Position numbers and translations under genes: made by a program
NCBI RefSeq assembly: GCF_035084215.1
Contig: NC_090360.1
Location: 5,580,001 to 5,644,000 of the forward strand
Direction: 5' to 3'
Origin: Heptranchias perlo
Lineage: Eukaryota
Length of the DNA stretch: 64,000 nucleotides
Shown: piece after piece, positions 60,215 to 64,000 of the stretch
Numbering within the stretch: the stretch's first letter is position 1
Layout of the letters: each line of letters begins with the position of its first letter
Notes under the pieces: generated by a model
Told to the model about the DNA's origin: nothing
Database searches by the model: none
What the model saw: the letters and a program-made list of their open reading frames with translations, nothing else

Positions 60215-60550
60215 TGCATTTGTAAATACCTTTCACTACCTCAGGACGTCCCAAAGCGCCTCACAGCCGATGAAGTACTTTTTAAGTCACTGTTGTAATG
60301 TAGGAAAATGCAGCAGCCAATTTGGGCACAGCAAGTTCCCACAAATAGCAATGTGATAATGACCAGATAATCTGCTTTAGAAATGTTGGTTGAGGGCTAA
60401 ATATTGGCCAGTGGGAGAAATCCCCTGCTCTTCTTCGAATAATTTTATCCATCTAAGAAGGCAGACGGTGCTTCGGTTTAACATCTCGGGCGAAGCACTC
60501 CCTCGGTACTGTACTGGAGCGTCAGCCTAGATTATGTGCTTAAGTCTCTG
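60215..60550 (-). mobile_element. Deu-domain SINE copy
   Basis: Reverse-complement similarity to 37450-37825. Confidence 0.78.
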
Positions 60551-61266
60551 GAAACGTGATGTTCAATATGGAACCTCCAAGGCTCCATGTGGCCCACAAA
60601 GACAAAAAGTTTGTGCACTCCTGCCTCAGCATAACTTCAATGGACCTGTGCTCTGCCCTTCTGGTTCCCCATATTCCCTGAATATAGAAAATAATGAATC
60701 AATATAGTATCTATAAAACTAGCAAATTTTTCCGTAATTCACTGTCATCCTCCAGACCCCTCAAATTGGATTCTACACTCTAGCTACTGTAAGTTAAATT
60801 TAGTTTTATTCCTTTTTCCTATTACTCTTTGTTTTATCACATGCTGTCCCTGACAGAGGGCGGAGCAACTACTACTATTGATGCTGACCAGCATGGGTTC
60901 AGCGACGGACTTAGGGAACGTTGAACCATGTTGGTGCCCAGAATGGTGGAGAGCACCCATGCACGACCTCTAGCTCCTGGTGACCCAGCAGTCTGTGCGT
61001 GGTTAGGATGCCGCCAAACGTTTTTGAAGCAAAGCCCATCAATTCTTTCAAATGGGAGTTGGATAGTTGCTTGATAAAAGAGAATATTAAAGTGAGAGAA
61101 CAGGAGAGTCAGACTGTACGACAGACCTCATGCGGAGATAAAACACTGGCACAGACTTGAGGCACTAAATGGCCTGCTTCTGTGCTGGAACATACTATGA
61201 AAATCAAGTGATTGTGTTAGACACGACATTAATGAGGATTCTGTCTGACCCCAAATTACATATTGC

Positions 61267-61657
61267 ATAGAATTCACAGCACAAAAACAGGCTATTCGGC
61301 CCAACAGGTCTATGCCGGTGTTTATGCTCCACACTCTACTTTATCTATCTCTATCAGCATGTCCTTCTATTCCTTTCTCTCTCGTACTTATCTAGATTCC
61401 CCTTAAATCCAGCTATGCTATTCGCCTCAACTTCTCCATGCGGTAGCAAGTTCCACATTCTATTCAATCTCTGGGTAGAGAAGTTTCTCCTGAATTCCCT
61501 ATTGGATTTATTAGTGATTATTTTATATTTATGGCCCCTAGTTTTGGAATGCCCCACAAGTGGAAACATCTTCTCTACGTCTACCTTATCGAACCCCTTT
61601 ATAATTTCAAAGACGTTGATTAGGACACCCCTCAGCCTTCTGCTTTCCAGAGAAAAG
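61267..61657 (-). mobile_element. CR1 LINE 3' fragment
   Basis: MFPLVGHSKTRGHKYKI...FRRNF. Confidence 0.85.
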
Positions 61658-63398
61658 ATTTGTCTTTTCTAAAACAAAAAAAAATTGTCTTGCCCAGTCA
61701 GAGTGCTCTGTAAGTGACTCAGGAATCTATGCACCATCATTGTGCAGGGAATCGCAGAATTAACCCACATTTTGTGACACAGCACCTGTTGTCTACAATT
61801 TTTTTTTAAACCTTGGCAATATCACATATCTGTTTCCTTTTCATGACGCTGAGCAATTTAGGGCTTCAGTGCCCCCTAGTTAATGAGGTAACCATACCTC
61901 TTTTTTTTTACCATCACTAGTTAATCTAAAGGTCTCCTCAGTGTACTATAGTACTGATGTGTGCCCCAGGGCCACACATAGGCTGCAATCAGGTACTACA
62001 GCAATACAAGACTTGCATGGGGATTAGTACAGTAAGAGAGTGATATTACAAACTGGCTTCATTCACCTGGTTTTCTTGAGCTAAAGCTACAACAAGTGCT
62101 CGTCCCTCATGAGTCATCTGGTCAGCATTCCTGGTGGGACGGTCATCAGATGTCACAGCCAGCCAGGTCCCACAAATAGCAATGAGATAAATGACTAGTT
62201 AATCTGTTCGATATTTATTCCTCAACTAACAAAACCAATCAGGATACTGAGAGAACTCCCCCCTCGACTTTGAATGGTGCCATGGAAACTTTTTACATTT
62301 ACCTGAACAGGCAGATAGGACCTCAATTTAATATCTTAACTGAAGGATTGCATCTCCAGTGATGCAGCACTCCCTCATTGCCAGCCTACATTATGTGCTC
62401 AAGTCCTGGAGTGTTCTTTTCTGACTTTACATAGAAGTTACAGCACCGAAGCAGGCCATACGGTCCAACTGGTCTATTCTGGTGTTTATGCTCCACCCAA
62501 GATTTAGAAGCACAAGTGCTACCAACGAGCCAAACTGACATTTATAACCTCCTCGAGATGTCCCAAAACCACTTTGCAACCAATGGATTACTTTTGAAGT
62601 GTAGTCATTCTTCCATATGCAAATACAGCAGTCAACTTTCACAGAGGTTGTCCCACAGTCGGCAAATGAGTTAAATGACCAGTTAATGTATTTTTGTTGG
62701 TGTCGGAAAAAAATAAAAATAAAGCCTTGCACATATACAGTGCTTTATCATGTCTCTCAGACACATCATAAAGAGCTTCACCTACAATGAAGTCCAGGGA
62801 CTGTTTCTGTGCAAACAACTATGACAGCTGTTACGGGAACAGTAAGATCCCACAAGAACAATAAGACAAATGACCAGTGATCGAATGATGAATATTGGCC
62901 AGAATGCCGGGAGAACTCCCTGCTCCTCTTCAAATTATGTCATGGCATCTGTCATGTCCACTCAAGTAAGCAGAGCTTGGTTTAACATTTTTTCTGAAGA
63001 CCTCCAATAATCCAACACTCCCTCAGTGCTGCATTGCCTAGGTTGCACACTAGAAATGAAAATGTGATGTGTTTAATAGACGAGGCCTTCAGGGTACAAT
63101 TAACAAACACTCAGACAGTCACACACAGACAGTCACACAGTGGCCTACGCTGGTCTGTAATCTGCTACTAGGAGATACAGAAGCTTATTCTGGAAAAACC
63201 ACACAGTCCACAATTGTCAAACCCCTGGATTTGAACACTCATGATCCATGATGTAGGTTAATAGAACATTACTGTCTCTTGGTTGGAACAAAATAAATCT
63301 GTACCATTGGATTTTAAATAAGGGTGTGTAGGCCATACAAAACAGAACAGCAACGGCCCTGTGGAAAGAAGCAGGATCTCTGTCATGTCCTCACTGAA

Positions 63399-63526
63399 CC
63401 CAGTTACCCCTGACCTCACTGGCCCCCAATTACCTCTGACCTCACCGGCCCCCCAATTACCCCCGACCTCACCGGCCCCCATTACCTCTGACCTCACCGG
63501 CCCCCAATTACCCCTGACCTCACCGG
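63399..63526. repeat. 26-bp minisatellite, about 5 copies
   Basis: (cccccaattacc[c/t]ctgacctcaccgg)n. Confidence 0.92.
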
Positions 63527-63589
63527 CTCCCTTTGGCTACCCATCCCCCAAAGAACTTAACTCAAAATCCCCATTCTTGTTTACAACTC

Positions 63590-64000
63590 AACAACAACAA
63601 CACGTTTAACATAGTAAAACGTCCCAAGGCGCCTCACAGGAGCGATTATCAAATAAAAGTTGACACTAAGTCACGTAAAGAGATATTAGGATAGGTGACC
63701 AAAAGCTTGGTCAAAGAGATAGGTTTTAAGGAGCATCTTAAAGGAGGAGAAAGAGGTAGAGAGATGGAGAGGTTTAGGGATGGATTTCCAGAGCTTAGGG
63801 TCTAGGCATCTGAAGGCACGGCCGTCAATGGTGGAGCGATCAAGATTAGGGAAGACTGAGAGGCCATAATTGGAGGAGCACAGAGATCTCGGAGGATTGT
63901 AGGGCTGGAGGAGGTTACAGAGATAGGGAGGGGCGAGGCCATGGAGGGATATGAAAACAAGGATGAGAATTTTAAAATCAAGGCATTGCCAGATCGGGGA
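63590..64000 (-). mobile_element. L2 LINE 3' fragment (runs off window)
   Basis: High similarity to 57740-58170. Confidence 0.85.

Noticed and set aside
63258-63609. Repetitive ORFs on both strands
   Set aside because: Produced by the 26-bp minisatellite

Overview
Vertebrate genomic DNA, most likely from a cartilaginous fish (shark), judged from the dense CR1/L2/RTE LINE fragments, Deu-domain tRNA SINEs and Penelope-type palindromes. Three spliced genes lie on the minus strand. I reconstructed them by hand from GT-AG boundaries and phase continuity; most exons are not in the ORF track. (1) A divergent SCaMC/SLC25A23-24-25-family ATP-Mg/Pi mitochondrial carrier (9 coding exons, 14081 to the window start, 3' end outside) with an intact carrier domain but degenerate EF-hands. 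(2) BLOC1S2 (5 exons, 30475-25909) with a CLEAR/E-box-rich CpG promoter. (3) An hnRNP D/DL/AB-family gene (7 coding exons, 56056-35554) whose protein is a mosaic of the three known paralogues. It keeps a 3'UTR intron and an 86-nt NMD 'poison' exon (33859-33944) resembling those of HNRNPD/HNRNPDL, and may be an additional ohnologue. Several Penelope-derived repeats carry minimal hammerhead ribozymes, including a back-to-back pair in an 88-bp-arm palindrome. Repeat boundaries are approximate. Comparisons to human proteins are from memory and need alignment.
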